DNA from: Eledone cirrhosa
Lineage: Eukaryota
Direction of reading: 5' to 3'
Assembly (NCBI GenBank): GCA_964016885.1
Contig: OZ024741.1
Span: 78,678,001-78,742,000, forward strand
DNA: 64,000 nt
Shown: positions 52,600 through 64,000 of the stretch, piece by piece
Layout: every line of letters starts with the position of its first letter
Numbering within the stretch: the first letter of the stretch is position 1
Notes under the pieces: model-generated
The model's input: only the letters and a program-made list of their open reading frames with translations
The model's database searches: none
What the model was told of the DNA's origin: nothing
Position numbers and translations under genes: made by a program

Positions 52600-55500
52600 A
52601 TCTTGGTTGTCCATCGTAAACGATGATGATATCTTCTTTATTTTAGTTCCCGTCTGCCGTGGGAACGAAGCGTGCTGTGGAGGCCGATCCTTGACTTGCA
52701 GGTCCGGAGACAGTGGGGGCAGGGGAAGAGATCGGAGTCGCTTGGGGCAGCTGTTGGTGCCTTTCTCCTCCTATCACGGGCCTCGGTGAACTCTGCCCGT
52801 CTCTTTTCTTCAAAAGAGTCTTTGGCGCGTCTGGTAAGGGCTCGCCACTCAGTCCTGTCTTGAGCATGGATCTCGAGTTGTTTTGGGGCGATTCCAGAGT
52901 TGTTGATGCTTGACTTCACGCAGTCTTTGAACCTCTTGAGAGGCCTGCCCTGCTTTCGTTTCCCCGAATAGAGTTCCCATACATCAGTTGCTTCGGAAGC
53001 CTGTGATCGTCTATCCGGATGAAATGTCCCACCCATCGAAGTCGGCTTTTCAGTATCATAGCTTCGACACTGGTTGTCTCAACCATGTCAAGAACTTTGA
53101 GGTTGGAGACCTTGTCCTGCCATTTGATGTTCATGATTGACCGCAGGCTGCGCATGTGAAACCGTTCCAGCTGCTTCAGGTGCCTTCTGTACAGGGTCCA
53201 TGTCTCACATCCGTAGAGGAGGCTGGTGAGAACAACGGCCCTGTACACCTTGAGTTTGGTGAACTGCCTGATATTGTGCTGGTTCAGGATGTGTGTCCTC
53301 AGGCGGCCAAGGGCTTGACTGGCCTTGCAGGTCCTGGCGTTTATCTCCTTGTCGAGGCTTCCATCGATGCTGATTACACTGCCGAGGTACATGAAGTCGT
53401 CCACCGTCTTTAGCTGGGTGCCTCCGATGGAGATTGAAGGAGGGTGTGCAGGCTGGAACAGGACCTCAGTCTTGCCAAGGCTAATTGTGAGACCGAAGTG
53501 GCTGGAGGCCTCCGCGAACTTGTTGACGATGACTTGGAGGTCAGATTCCCTGTGGGCCATGAGGGCACAGTCGTCAGCAAAAAGTGCCTCCAGGACGATC
53601 CTCTGCACGGTCCTTGTCTTGGCCGTCGGGCGCCGCAGGTCAAACAGGGAGCCGTCCAGACTGTATCACAGATACACTCCGTGCTCGAGGTCCCTTACGG
53701 CGGCATGATTGAGCACGCAGGTGAAGAACAGGTTGAAGAGGACGGGAGCCAGCACGCATCCTTGTTTGACGCCGTTGGTGATTCCGAACGGCTCTGATGC
53801 CTCTCCGCCCAGGCGCGCCTGCCCGCATCATGTCGTCATGGAATTGCCGTATCAGGTTCACGAACTTGGTCGGGAATCCAAACTTCGACAGGATCAACCA
53901 GAGGGCCTCCCTGTTGACAGTGTCGAAGGCCTTCGTCAAGTCTATGAAGACGGCAAAGAGGTCCATGTTCTGCTCGACACACTTCTCCTGCACCTGGCAT
54001 ACAGAGAAGATCATGTCGATCGTGCTGCGGTTTGGGCGGAACCCACACTGGGCCTCAGGCAGGTTGTCCTCCGAGATGTTGGCGATGAGGCGGTTGAGCA
54101 TGACCCGAGCCAGGACCTTCCCAACGATGGACAAGAGAGAAATGCGCCGATAGTTGCCACAGTCAGTTTTGTTGCCTTTGTTCTCAAAAAGCCAGACAAC
54201 TGTGGCATCCCTGAAGTCTTTGGGCACCTCTTCTTTCTCCCATATGCTGACGAGGAGGGTGTGGAAGGCCCTCAGGGCAGCTGGACCGGCCGACTTGAAG
54301 ATCTCGGCAAGAATCCCGTCCTTTCCAGGGACCTTTCCTGTGCTGGTCTGGTTGATTGCCTTCGTGACTTCATCCAATGGGGGAGGGGAGGTCGAGGGCG
54401 GCAGGGTCAACAGTGGAGGGCCTGTTGAGCAGGTTGCTGAAGTGCTTTATCAACCTCGAGTTGATGCTGCTCTTCTACTTCAGCAGGGTCGAGCCGTCAG
54501 CAGACAGGAGCGGTGTCGTGACAGGCTCGGGGGGTCCGTAGACGTCCCCGATGGCGCTGAAGAACATCTTGGAGTTCTTTGTGTCAGCGTATCTCTCCAT
54601 TTTTTCGGCCTTCTTTTCCCACCACTCGTCCTGTATTCTGCGTAGCGCTGCTTGGGTCTGCCTCTGGAGGTGCTTGAAGCGGTCACGCTTCGAGGTGGAG
54701 GAACTGTCATTCTGCCACCCAATAAAAGCCCTCCTCTTCTCGTCCAGGAGTTGTCTGATGCGCTTATCGTTTTCATCAAACCAGTCCTGGTGGACTCTCT
54801 TCCTCGGCCCGATGGTTGCCTTGGCGGACTCTGTTACCAGCGACCTGAACTGGTCCCACTGTTGAGTTGGGGGTCCGGTCAGTGGTCCATGGGCAGTCAG
54901 CCGGCCGTCCAGTTCTTCCGCGAACGCATCAAGATGCTCTGGCTGCTTGAGTCGTGGGACGTCGAAAGTGGCCTACAGACTTTCGGAGTCTTGCGATGCA
55001 TCGGGGTGATGTGCAGTGACAGGGTGGTCCTGACAAGTCGATGGTCGGTCCAACACTCTGCACCACGCATGGCCCTGGTGATTCTCACGTCATGGATGTC
55101 CCTCCTGCGGCATATGGTAATGTCAATCAGATGCCACTGTTTGGATCTGGGGTGCATCCATGTCGTCTTGAACTTGGCTGCCTGGCGGAACAGTGTGCTG
55201 GTGATAGTGAGGTCGTTCTCGGCGCAGAAACTTAACAGTATGAGGCCTTTAGAGTTCAGCTTCCCTGTGCCGTGAGGTCCCAGCACGCCTTTCCAGTTGC
55301 TGCTGCTGTCAGACCCGACTCTTGCATTGAAGTCCCTCAGTAGGATGAGTGTATCGCTTGGGAGGACGCCCTTCACGAGTGCGTTGAGTTCCCCGTAGAA
55401 AGCGTCCTTTGCTTCATCGCTGCTGGTGAGAGTGATGGTACGCGCTGATGACTGTGACATGCCGAGATGGGTCGAGGGGGAAGCGGAGCTTCATCAGCCG

Positions 55501-55906
55501 CTCACTCACAGGTGTTGGGAGGTCTGGTAGCTGCTTGCAGAGTGAAGTCCTGATGGCCAGGCCTACCCTGTGTATTCTGTCCTCGTCCTTTGCATTAACC
55601 TTCCAGAAGAAGGTGTAGCCTCCTTTCGGTTCTGCTACTGATCCTTCTTCAGCGAGTCTGGTCTCGCTGAGGGCGGCTATGTTGATCCGGTACCGAGCTA
55701 ATTCCCTCGCTATGAGGGCAGTTCTTCTCTCTGGCCTCAAGGAGGTTTCCCTATCCATGAGGGTGCGCACATTTCATGCGCCAAGAATCAAGTTCTTCTT
55801 TCTATTATGTTGGTTTCGACCGCTTGGAAGGGTAAAACCGCCAGCCGCGGTAGACTGGCCGGCTTTGTGTGGGACTAGCTTTGGTTAGGGCTCCTTTTAT
55901 CGCCCC
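52600..55906 (-). mobile_element. Near full-length RTE-clade LINE (APE endonuclease plus RT), frameshifted
   Basis: ELARYRINIAALSETRL, DFNARVG, WHLID, WTDHRLV, EAQCGFR, FIDLTKAFD, LFADD, LLYGCETW and a C-terminal CPHC..H. GC-rich, with TA-rich flanks. Confidence 0.95.
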
Positions 55907-55934
55907 TATATATGTATATATATGTATATATGTA

Positions 55935-55997
<63 letters not shown>

Positions 55998-56002
<5 letters not shown>

Positions 56003-56439
56003 TGCTACTGTACGTCTGTATACATATATGTATGTACGTATACATGCATACTTACATTTAAGTAAGTGCCATACTAAGAGTGAGAAATGAAATTTCGTTT
56101 TCATTTTATTTCAATTTATCGTTTTCGGTATGCCTGACCGATTTAACTCACTCAATATGCAAATTAGGCTGCTCAGCCGTTAATTTTCATAAGGAAAGTA
56201 TATACTTTCGAACGTTCAACTATCTGGCAGATGGGTAAACGGTGCTGATGATAGCTAACAAGCTTGAAACTAGTACATCGTTCCTGTGTCAGTGTTGAAC
56301 AAAAAGGTGACGTGGTTGCCTTAACACCGTATGGCATAAATTCAGGCTGTTCAGTTTGTTTACAAACGAACAAAGCAGCGTTATAATAAGCGTCCGCTAA
56401 ACTGATACGTGCATATATGTATGTGTACCTGTATGCATA

Positions 56440-56472
<33 letters not shown>

Positions 56473-56523
56473 GCGTGCTACTGTACGTCTGTATACATAT
56501 ATGTATGTACGTATACATGCATA

Positions 56524-56526
<3 letters not shown>
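55998..56526 (+). mobile_element. Diverged member of the ~470-bp HHR family (1.1 units)
   Basis: 57-bp direct repeat at 55998 and 56471. Body homologous to 14413-14580. Confidence 0.75.
56240..56280 (+). ncRNA. Type I hammerhead
   Basis: cggtg-CTGATGA-tagct-aaca-agctt-GAAA-ctag-TA-catcg. Confidence 0.85.
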
Positions 56527-56603
<77 letters not shown>

Positions 56604-57289
56604 CACACACACTGTATATCATAAGTACATATGTCAAATAAAAAACACATGACTGTACTCAAGAGATATCTATTTTACTATTGATCGTTCGTATTCTCTT
56701 ATCTTCTCGATGACGTAGGCTGCTTGTGACGTTTGTTATTGCCTTTCTATAGCGAAATCACGGGAGGCCTAGAGGAGGACTTTTATTGTTTCAAATTATA
56801 CATAACAAAACAGTAAGGAGATAAGAGCACTCTTTTATAGAAATACGTAGATAATGCTTCAGCACACTCATGTTTTCAATACATACACACATACATATAT
56901 TAGTGTACAAGAAGACCTTATATTTTTGCATCCAGGATGATTTCATACGAATGAAAACAATACTGTTCAAATCCCGCCGAGGTCAACTCTGTCTTTCATC
57001 CATTCAATGTCGATAAAAAAAAGTATCAGTCTAATACTGTGTTGGAAAAGTTTGAAATTTGGAAATGTGAGCATTAAAACACAGAAAATGACTGAAATAA
57101 CAATTGGTTACTATAGATAATAGTAGAGAAAATTGGATAAACTAACCTTAGGGAAAGAAAATGTGGACAAATGCACCTACGAGGATTTGAACCTCGCATC
57201 GTTCGGGCATGTTAACCACTATGCTAAGAAGGTGCTGACATTCTATTCCATATTGTTGACACTCACATTTCCAAAACCGGATACAAAGG

Positions 57290-58260
57290 TAAAACAAAGT
57301 GGAGTGGGGGCGAAAGAGTCAGAAAAAAGAAAAAAGACAAGGAAAAGGGCGAGAGACGAAAAAGGGAAGGAATGTAGGGCAAGTAGGGATAAAAAAGATT
57401 AAAGAAGGCATAAAAATGAAGTGTGTGTGAGGGGGGGGGGGATAGAAGGATGTGGTCTAAAGAGGGTTAAAGAAGGCGAAAGAGGTGGTAGAAGAGGAAA
57501 GGGACGTAAGTAGACAAAGGATAGGAAGAGGGTTAAAGCCGAAAAAGGATTAAGGAAAAAGAGATAGGGGAAAGGGAAGGAAGGATAGCGAAAGAGAGCG
57601 AAGGATGCGAAACAGAGGGAAGAGGGGAAAGAGAGAAAGAGATGAAATTGGGCTAATTGGGGGTAATGTAGAGCAATTAGGGCAAAATATGGTGACAGAA
57701 TGTGAAAGAGTCGAAAAGGGGGGTAAAAGGGAAGGGGAAGGGGGATGAAAGTGGTCTAATGAAAGAGGGATAATGTAGGTTAAAGGTGAAAATGAGCGAA
57801 AGATTGCAAAAGGGGAGGTATTGGGGTAAAGTGGTCTGAATAAAGCTAAAATGTTTTAGAGAGTGAAAATGGGGACAAGGGGAGCAAAAAGGGAGAAAGG
57901 TGAGGTTGGGAAGAAGAAGTAAGTTGGCTAAATAGGGCTAAAGAGAGATAGAGAAGACGAAAGAAAACAAAGGGTGATATGGGTGGGAGAACTGAGTGGA
58001 AGAGGAGGGACTGGGAGAAAGGGAAGGGAATAAAAGAGGTATAAAGAGGAGTAAAGAGGGTTAAAGAAGGACGAAGAAGGAGAAAGACGGGAGAAGTAAC
58101 CGAAGGGGAGGTAAGTAGGTTATCTAGAGGTAAAAAGGGTTAAAGAGGGTGGAGGGCTAAAGAGGACGAAAGATGCGGAAAGGGATAGAAAGCGGGGGAA
58201 GAAGGTTAAAGAAGAGGAATGAGAGGAAGGGGAGGAAGGGGAGGGAAGTGAACTAAACGG
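57290..58260. repeat. Purine-rich low-complexity tract
   Basis: G/A-dominated, with almost no C. Confidence 0.8.
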
Positions 58261-58529
58261 GAGTAACTGAAAGAATTCGAAATAACAAAGAATTCGCAAC
58301 GCTAATCCTAATCTTAATCCACCCACCCAAAAAGGAATTCGCAACCCTAATCTTCCCAAGGGAGGAAAGGAAGAAATTGAAAAAGTAGCAGGAATGGATG
58401 TTGCAAGGGCAGTTACGAATGGGTGCCAGCATTTCATACCAGCAATTCTACCATAGACTCGGGTTGAACCAAAATTTCTGAATTTAGGTAGACAAATTGC
58501 GTGGAATTCTCGATTCATTTCCATTATTT

Positions 58530-58700
58530 CGTGTGTGAGTTCAAATCCTGCCGAGGTTAGCTTTGCCTTTCATCCGTACGGATTCGATAAAATAAAGTAC
58601 CAGTAAGGCACAGGGGTTCATTTAATCGATTTTCTCACACACACACACACACATACACTCCAAATTGCTGGCCTTGTGCCTAAATCAGAAACCATTATTT
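58530..58700 (+). mobile_element. SINE copy with internal (CA)n
   Basis: gagttcaaatcctgccgaggttagctttgcctttcatcc..ataaagtaccagt. Confidence 0.8.
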
Positions 58701-59859
58701 CGTGTGTTAATTGCGGGAAACGTTAGTGCGTCAAATAAAATGTTACGTTCTGAGCTCAAATCAGGCTGAGGTCAACTTACTTTTTCATGCTGCCAGGGTC
58801 GATAAAATAATGTACAGTTATCGATTTAATCCAAAATGTCAAGCCTTATGTGTTTTGCTAAACCCAACATATTACTCAGCTTTGGTGTATGATCACAGGC
58901 TCAATTTTCTTTTTTTAATCCACAGGCTTCTTTTGGGATCGGTTTTAACCTCTAGTATATAACCATAATAGTGATGGTCTTCAAATGTCACACTTATTAT
59001 ATTCGGCTTTTCAAATGTTCTCAGTGATGTTTTCAAGTAATCCATTGATGTCTGACAGAACACTTACAAATAACATATGTTCTTTTCTTACGGCTGACAT
59101 TTTATGATAATAACAACTTGATTAGACTCAATTGTTCGGTAGTTTGAACAGTTAAACACCACATGACAGCTGTTCAATAACAGCAAATGGATATTTATAT
59201 TATCACTAGTCAACAAAGTTCGTGGCATATTTTATTCTATTAACCATGTCTTTTATATATATAAGACGTCTTTCATATTTTATGTCCACAAATAATTCTA
59301 CTTCTACGCTTCCATAAACTTGAGTTAACCCAAGCCTTGTGAAAATGCGTAGTAAACCGAGGAAAACCCTCAGTTGGTCTGTATCTGTTATTCAGTGTAA
59401 ACTTCATCAGTTACCCAGTTTAACAACAATACCTGACGCTCAGCTGCCTTTAACGGAGTTTACTCTGTTGTAAGTTCTTCTACCTGAGTATAACCTATGA
59501 ACTTCAATTTCATGGAACTCATAAAAAACTTATGTGAGTTACCATTCGTCCACTGACTAAGCCAGGAAATTAATTTCATTATCCAGTGTACTTGATGTAG
59601 ATTCAAAGAAAAATATTTAAATGAGAATACAAATATAATTGACACTTGTGATTGAGAATAAAAAAGGAGATTACTAACTGAAAGATAAAACCACATCTAC
59701 TCGACACGTTGGTACATTAACTTTACAAGCCAACGGGAGGTTCTCAACATTTTCATCCTGCTTACTTCATAGTAACTTTACGGAAGTAAATTAACTCCCA
59801 ACGTGTTTTTGTTCAGTCGTTTGAATTTACATCTCTAACATAGTGTAGCCACTGACAAA

Positions 59860-60640
59860 TGGGGACATCCTGATCTGGAACTATAGATAATATCCAAACA
59901 TCTCTGGTCTGGCAATGATAATGGGAGGTGACGCATTGCCAGTTCGAGACAAACTCTTCAGTGCTGCCATCCAAACCTCTTCTAGGTGCTCACTGAGTGA
60001 CGAAATCGTTCGGCATGTACTTGTTCAGTGTCCGAACAGTCTTGACCTGTGGAATTTTGCTGAACAGCTGTTATAACGTGTAGGACGGATCCAGCTGTCG
60101 GTCCAGCCCATTGTGAAGACCCATCGGCCAAAAGGAGGTGGTCGGGAAGGATATGCAGCTTTCCTCTGTCTAGTAGCAATAGCGAAAGAGGTTTTGTGGT
60201 GGACGAAACTGAACGGATTAAAGACACACATTTCTCTTTAGCCAAGTCCTCACCAACTGTTTCAAGTTACACTTCAAAAGGAAGCTGAGGGTCGAAAAAG
60301 AAGTGCTGCTTCTATTGAAAGGTGAGTGAGAGTTGCAAACATGGCCCGAGCGAAGGGGCCTATTCTGAGCATGCTGTCTGTGACGGAGAGACGATAGCTG
60401 CAAAAGTACATTTTCCCTTGATGATGAAGTTGAATCACGTTTCGAAGGGTTTACTAGATAACCCCGCCACCCCACCACCACCACCACCACCAATGGGAGA
60501 TGGTCTCTTTGTTTTACCTTTTGTTATTCATTGGTTTTGTTATATTATTTTTAGAAGACCACATGTAATCCATCGTGTTTTGTACCTAATCCTTGTACCA
60601 CTCTTGTATCTGTGTTTTGTGGCAAATAAAGAAATCATTT
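59860..60640 (+). mobile_element. Tx1/L1-type LINE 3' fragment (zf-RVT-like region)
   Basis: Frame from 59930: DALPVRDKL..SRC..EIVRHVLVQCP..LW..AIAKEVLWW. T-rich UTR with AATAAA at ~60625. Confidence 0.65.
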
Positions 60641-60663
60641 TTTGATTTTAAAGTTTTAAATAC

Positions 60664-60682
60664 CTGCTGCTGCTGCTGCTGC

Positions 60683-60767
<85 letters not shown>

Positions 60768-60800
60768 GGTGGTGGTGGTGGTGGTGGTGGTGGTGGTGGT
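60664..60800. repeat. Compound (TGC)(TGT)(TGG) microsatellite
   Basis: Direct reading. Confidence 0.95.
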
Positions 60801-61099
60801 TACAAATACAAGAACAATTATATTTTGTGATCTGACATGTCTTTGCTTTGAATCTTGTACGAAATTTTAATTTGGGTATTTCAAAGAAAAAAGTGTTCAC
60901 TTAGTAGTTACTAATGATAATTAGAGTAATCACTGTAAGATTATTTTATGTGGACATTTATTCACTGTATGTACGAGTATATATGTCACATATGTGAATG
61001 TGTGGACAGAAAGTCCTCATTGTTTTTCTAATTATTTAACTTTGGCGTTTTTTAACATTAGGAAAATTTTACAAATTAAAATAATCACCATCATTTGCG

Positions 61100-61450
61100 A
61101 TTACCGTCTACCATTGTTTAGGAAGGTACATGATTCTATCCCTGTAGAACTTTTCTGACTTCGAGGCAAATAATTCCTTCGCCACTGATTTAACTGGTCT
61201 TCATTGGCGAACGTCTTTAACTGCTTTGAGGTCGGACGAAAAGTGTGGTGCATTCTCTTCATCAACCAACGATCGCTTGCGCTTGACATTAATGTAGAGA
61301 CAACATCTTTCATCACCAGTGACAATGGAACGTAACCAGTTGATTGTGCGATGGTAGGGGAGCAGAAATGTTGTTGATGCCACCCGATATTCACGATTAT
61401 GGCCAGAGCTCACCAAAACCATTTCTTCAAGGCCACATCGAGTTCTAACG
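61100..61450 (-). mobile_element. Mariner transposase relic
   Basis: WLRSIVTGDERCCLYINVKRKRS matches the first-Asp motif IVTGDEKW..Y.N..RKR. Confidence 0.65.
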
Positions 61451-61479
61451 TTATCGGCCTCACCACAAAAAGATGGTAA

Positions 61480-61555
<76 letters not shown>

Positions 61556-61739
61556 GATTAACATATACTTAAATATATCAAGCATTAACAGAAGAAAATT
61601 TGTAAAAGGATGTAAGAACATATATCTAATTCCAAAGGCGGCATAATTAAAATGTAAATACCTAAATTTTAGTGATTATTCATATCCTTGCATACATAAT
61701 CTGTTATTGCTTAAGAATATATTTCACCAATTAAATGCC

Positions 61740-63004
61740 AGCGTTCGATCTAAGCTGATAAACAGTATCGTTTTCGCCGGGATGCAGCACAGCCGACCAA
61801 ATATTCACACTGTAGCAAATCTTAAGAAATCGTGGGAATACTGCCAAGAGGTGTATGCTTGTTTCGTAGACACCGAAAAGGAATACGACCGCGTTCCACG
61901 GGACTTGCTGAGGAAGGTTCTGAAGGAATATGAGATCGATGGACAGCATCTTATTGCCCCGATGTCTCTATACGAATGCCCGAGCATTTGTGTTCTGATG
62001 AATTGAAACCATTCAATGTGGGTGTCAGACTCCGTCATGGGTGCATAGTGTCACCTTTCTGTTCATAATCTTCATGAATGAGATTGACATGCGCAGCCGG
62101 GTTGGAATTGGTGTCCCGACTGGTGGATGTAAGAAAAGTCAACTGGAATTTCCAGACTATATGGTGTTACTTAACTCAACAGAAGGTGATCCCCAAATTG
62201 CACTTGATAGGTTCGATGCCGAGTGTTGCATGGCTGGAAAGAAAATCAGTGCTGCGAAGACCGGGCGCTCGTCCTCTCAGGGAAGCTTGCTCAGTACACT
62301 CTACATGTGAATGGAGTTCCACTGAAGCAGGTGGATATTTTGTGGCCGTGTTCACGAGTTATGGAAGACAGGAGGCTGAATTAAGTACAAGAATTTCAGG
62401 TGCTAGTGCGGTTAAGCACCAGTTTCAGCATTCGGTAATCAGAAGAAGAGAGGTAGATATAAAAGCCAAACTTGCTATCTTCAATTCGGTATTGGTGCCA
62501 ACCCTTACCTATGGTCATGAATCTTGGGTAATGACCGAAAGAATACGATCGCGAATACAAGAGGCTGCAATGAGCTTCCTCTGAAGGGACTTTGACTAAC
62601 GTTACTCGATAGAGTACATAGCTCGGAGATCAGAGAGTCACTCCAAGTAGAGCCCCTACATCCCCGAATTGAAAGATCACAGCTCCGACACTATGGATAA
62701 TTGGTTAAAATGTCTCAGGAAACAATCGCTAGACAGATTTTACGGGCAAAATCAACCGACAGGAGACCCAGGGGTAGGCCCCGAGGAGGATGATTGAATA
62801 ATATCCATGATTTCGGCCTGTCTCGCTTGGGGATCAGGCCAGATCAACTGGAGACGGTTGCTTTTATCAGGGCCCGCTGGAAGAAGTGTTTGAAGACTCT
62901 CTCCCCATGACCCTCTCGAGAACAAGTGGGAGGAGGAGGAGGAGGGGAGGAGGAGGAGGAGGAGGAGGAGGAGAAGAAGAAGAAGAAGAAGAAGAAGAAG
63001 AAGA
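61740..63004 (+). mobile_element. RTE-clade (Rex3/Expander-like) LINE, decayed 3' part with (GGA)/(GAA) tail
   Basis: CFVDTEKEYDRVPR, VGVRLRHGCIVSP, PTLTYGHESWVMTER, RRPRGRPR. Confidence 0.85.
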
Positions 63005-63254
63005 ATGGAAGGATATGAAAAAGATAATTAAAATGCAAATACTTTCGTTTTATGGAAGACACTTTGAAACACATCGGCAACTTTTTTAAAAATTTAATCT
63101 TTACATTTTAATAATGAAAGAATTGTATTCTTTCATTTGTATGTTTCTTATTGATTAGTTTTAATTTTCATTTTCACATTTCGATAATGAATATTCTTGG
63201 TTATATCTTTCATACCTTTCGATATTTAAGGTTCTTTCAATATTTGTCAGAAGT

Positions 63255-63655
63255 GCTCCCAGTAATGTTACCAGACGTGCCGCCAGATGTACTAAGGTCT
63301 TCCACCAGATGTACTGCCAGATGTGCTGTCAGATGTTCCACCAGGTGTGTCGCCAGTCATGCTGCCAGATGCACCACTAGATGTACCGCTAGATGTGCCG
63401 TCAGGTGTTCCGCCAGGTGTGCCACCAGATGTACCGGCAGATTTACCGGCAGATGTACCGGCAGATGTACCAGAAGATGTATTGGCATATGTGCCGTCAG
63501 ATTTGCAGCTAGATGTATTGCCAAATATGTCACCAAATGTATTGCCAGATATGCCGCCATGTGTATCGCAAGATGTATCACCACATGTTTCACCAGATAT
63601 ACTGTATGATGTACCGTTAGATGTGTCCCCGCTTGTGCCACCAGATGTGCCGCTA
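63255..63655. repeat. Degenerate 12-bp tandem repeat (gatgtnccrcca)
   Basis: Periodic gatgt..cca, giving DVPP/GTSG-repeat ORFs. Confidence 0.8.
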
Positions 63656-64000
63656 AACCAATATTTTAAAGACAAATAAGTGAAAAAAGACCAGGAAAAA
63701 TTAAACCGATATTGTGAAGCTAACAAATGCGGTGTGGGAGCAACTTTCTAGAATGTTGCTTAAAAAAATATCGAGTTGGCAGCCTTGCTTCGAACTGTCT
63801 TTTGCGGAATAGCCTCGATATGAATACATACACTGATTAATGCAAATATGTGACATTACATGCGCAAAACAGTATATATGTCTATATGTATACACGCACA
63901 CACACACACACACACACTCACATGTACGCACATAAATGCAGACACACATTAAATTATACTTACACGTTTACGTGTATGTTATATACGTGTGTGAGAATAA

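Noticed and set aside
55800-55906. HDV-like ribozyme at the RTE 5' end
   Set aside because: Known for some RTEs, but I could not assemble the nested double pseudoknot by eye.
57165-57235. tRNA gene on the minus strand
   Set aside because: Only A/B-box-like remnants with no complete cloverleaf; likely a decayed SINE head.
60586-60900. Poly-His/poly-Gln protein
   Set aside because: Trinucleotide microsatellite with no flanking coding signal.

Overview
AT-rich eukaryotic DNA, dense in repeats, with no recognisable host gene. The dominant SINE resembles octopus SINEs, so an octopod cephalopod is likely (inference from memory). It holds many (TA)n, (CA)n and (CT)n microsatellites, tRNA-type SINEs, three RTE-clade LINE copies (one nearly full length), and R4/Dong-like and Tx1-like LINE relics. 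It also holds Tc1/mariner relics, a pogo-type MITE, a probable non-autonomous Helitron, a 36-bp minisatellite of about 74 copies and a truncated U6 retrocopy. The main signal is a set of Penelope-like elements (Naiad- and Neptune-type RT/GIY-YIG) and non-coding relatives, mostly flanked by (TA)n and often arranged as divergent inverted repeats. I could read about 24 type I hammerhead ribozyme (HHR) cores by eye, some with the compensatory U3-A8 core. There are two retrozyme-like tandem families with ~470-nt and 591-nt monomers. Some fold-back insertions pivot at the HHR cleavage site or in stem II, and otherwise dissimilar families share a covarying ACTC..GAGT 3' hairpin. All structures were read manually and none was confirmed by search or folding software.
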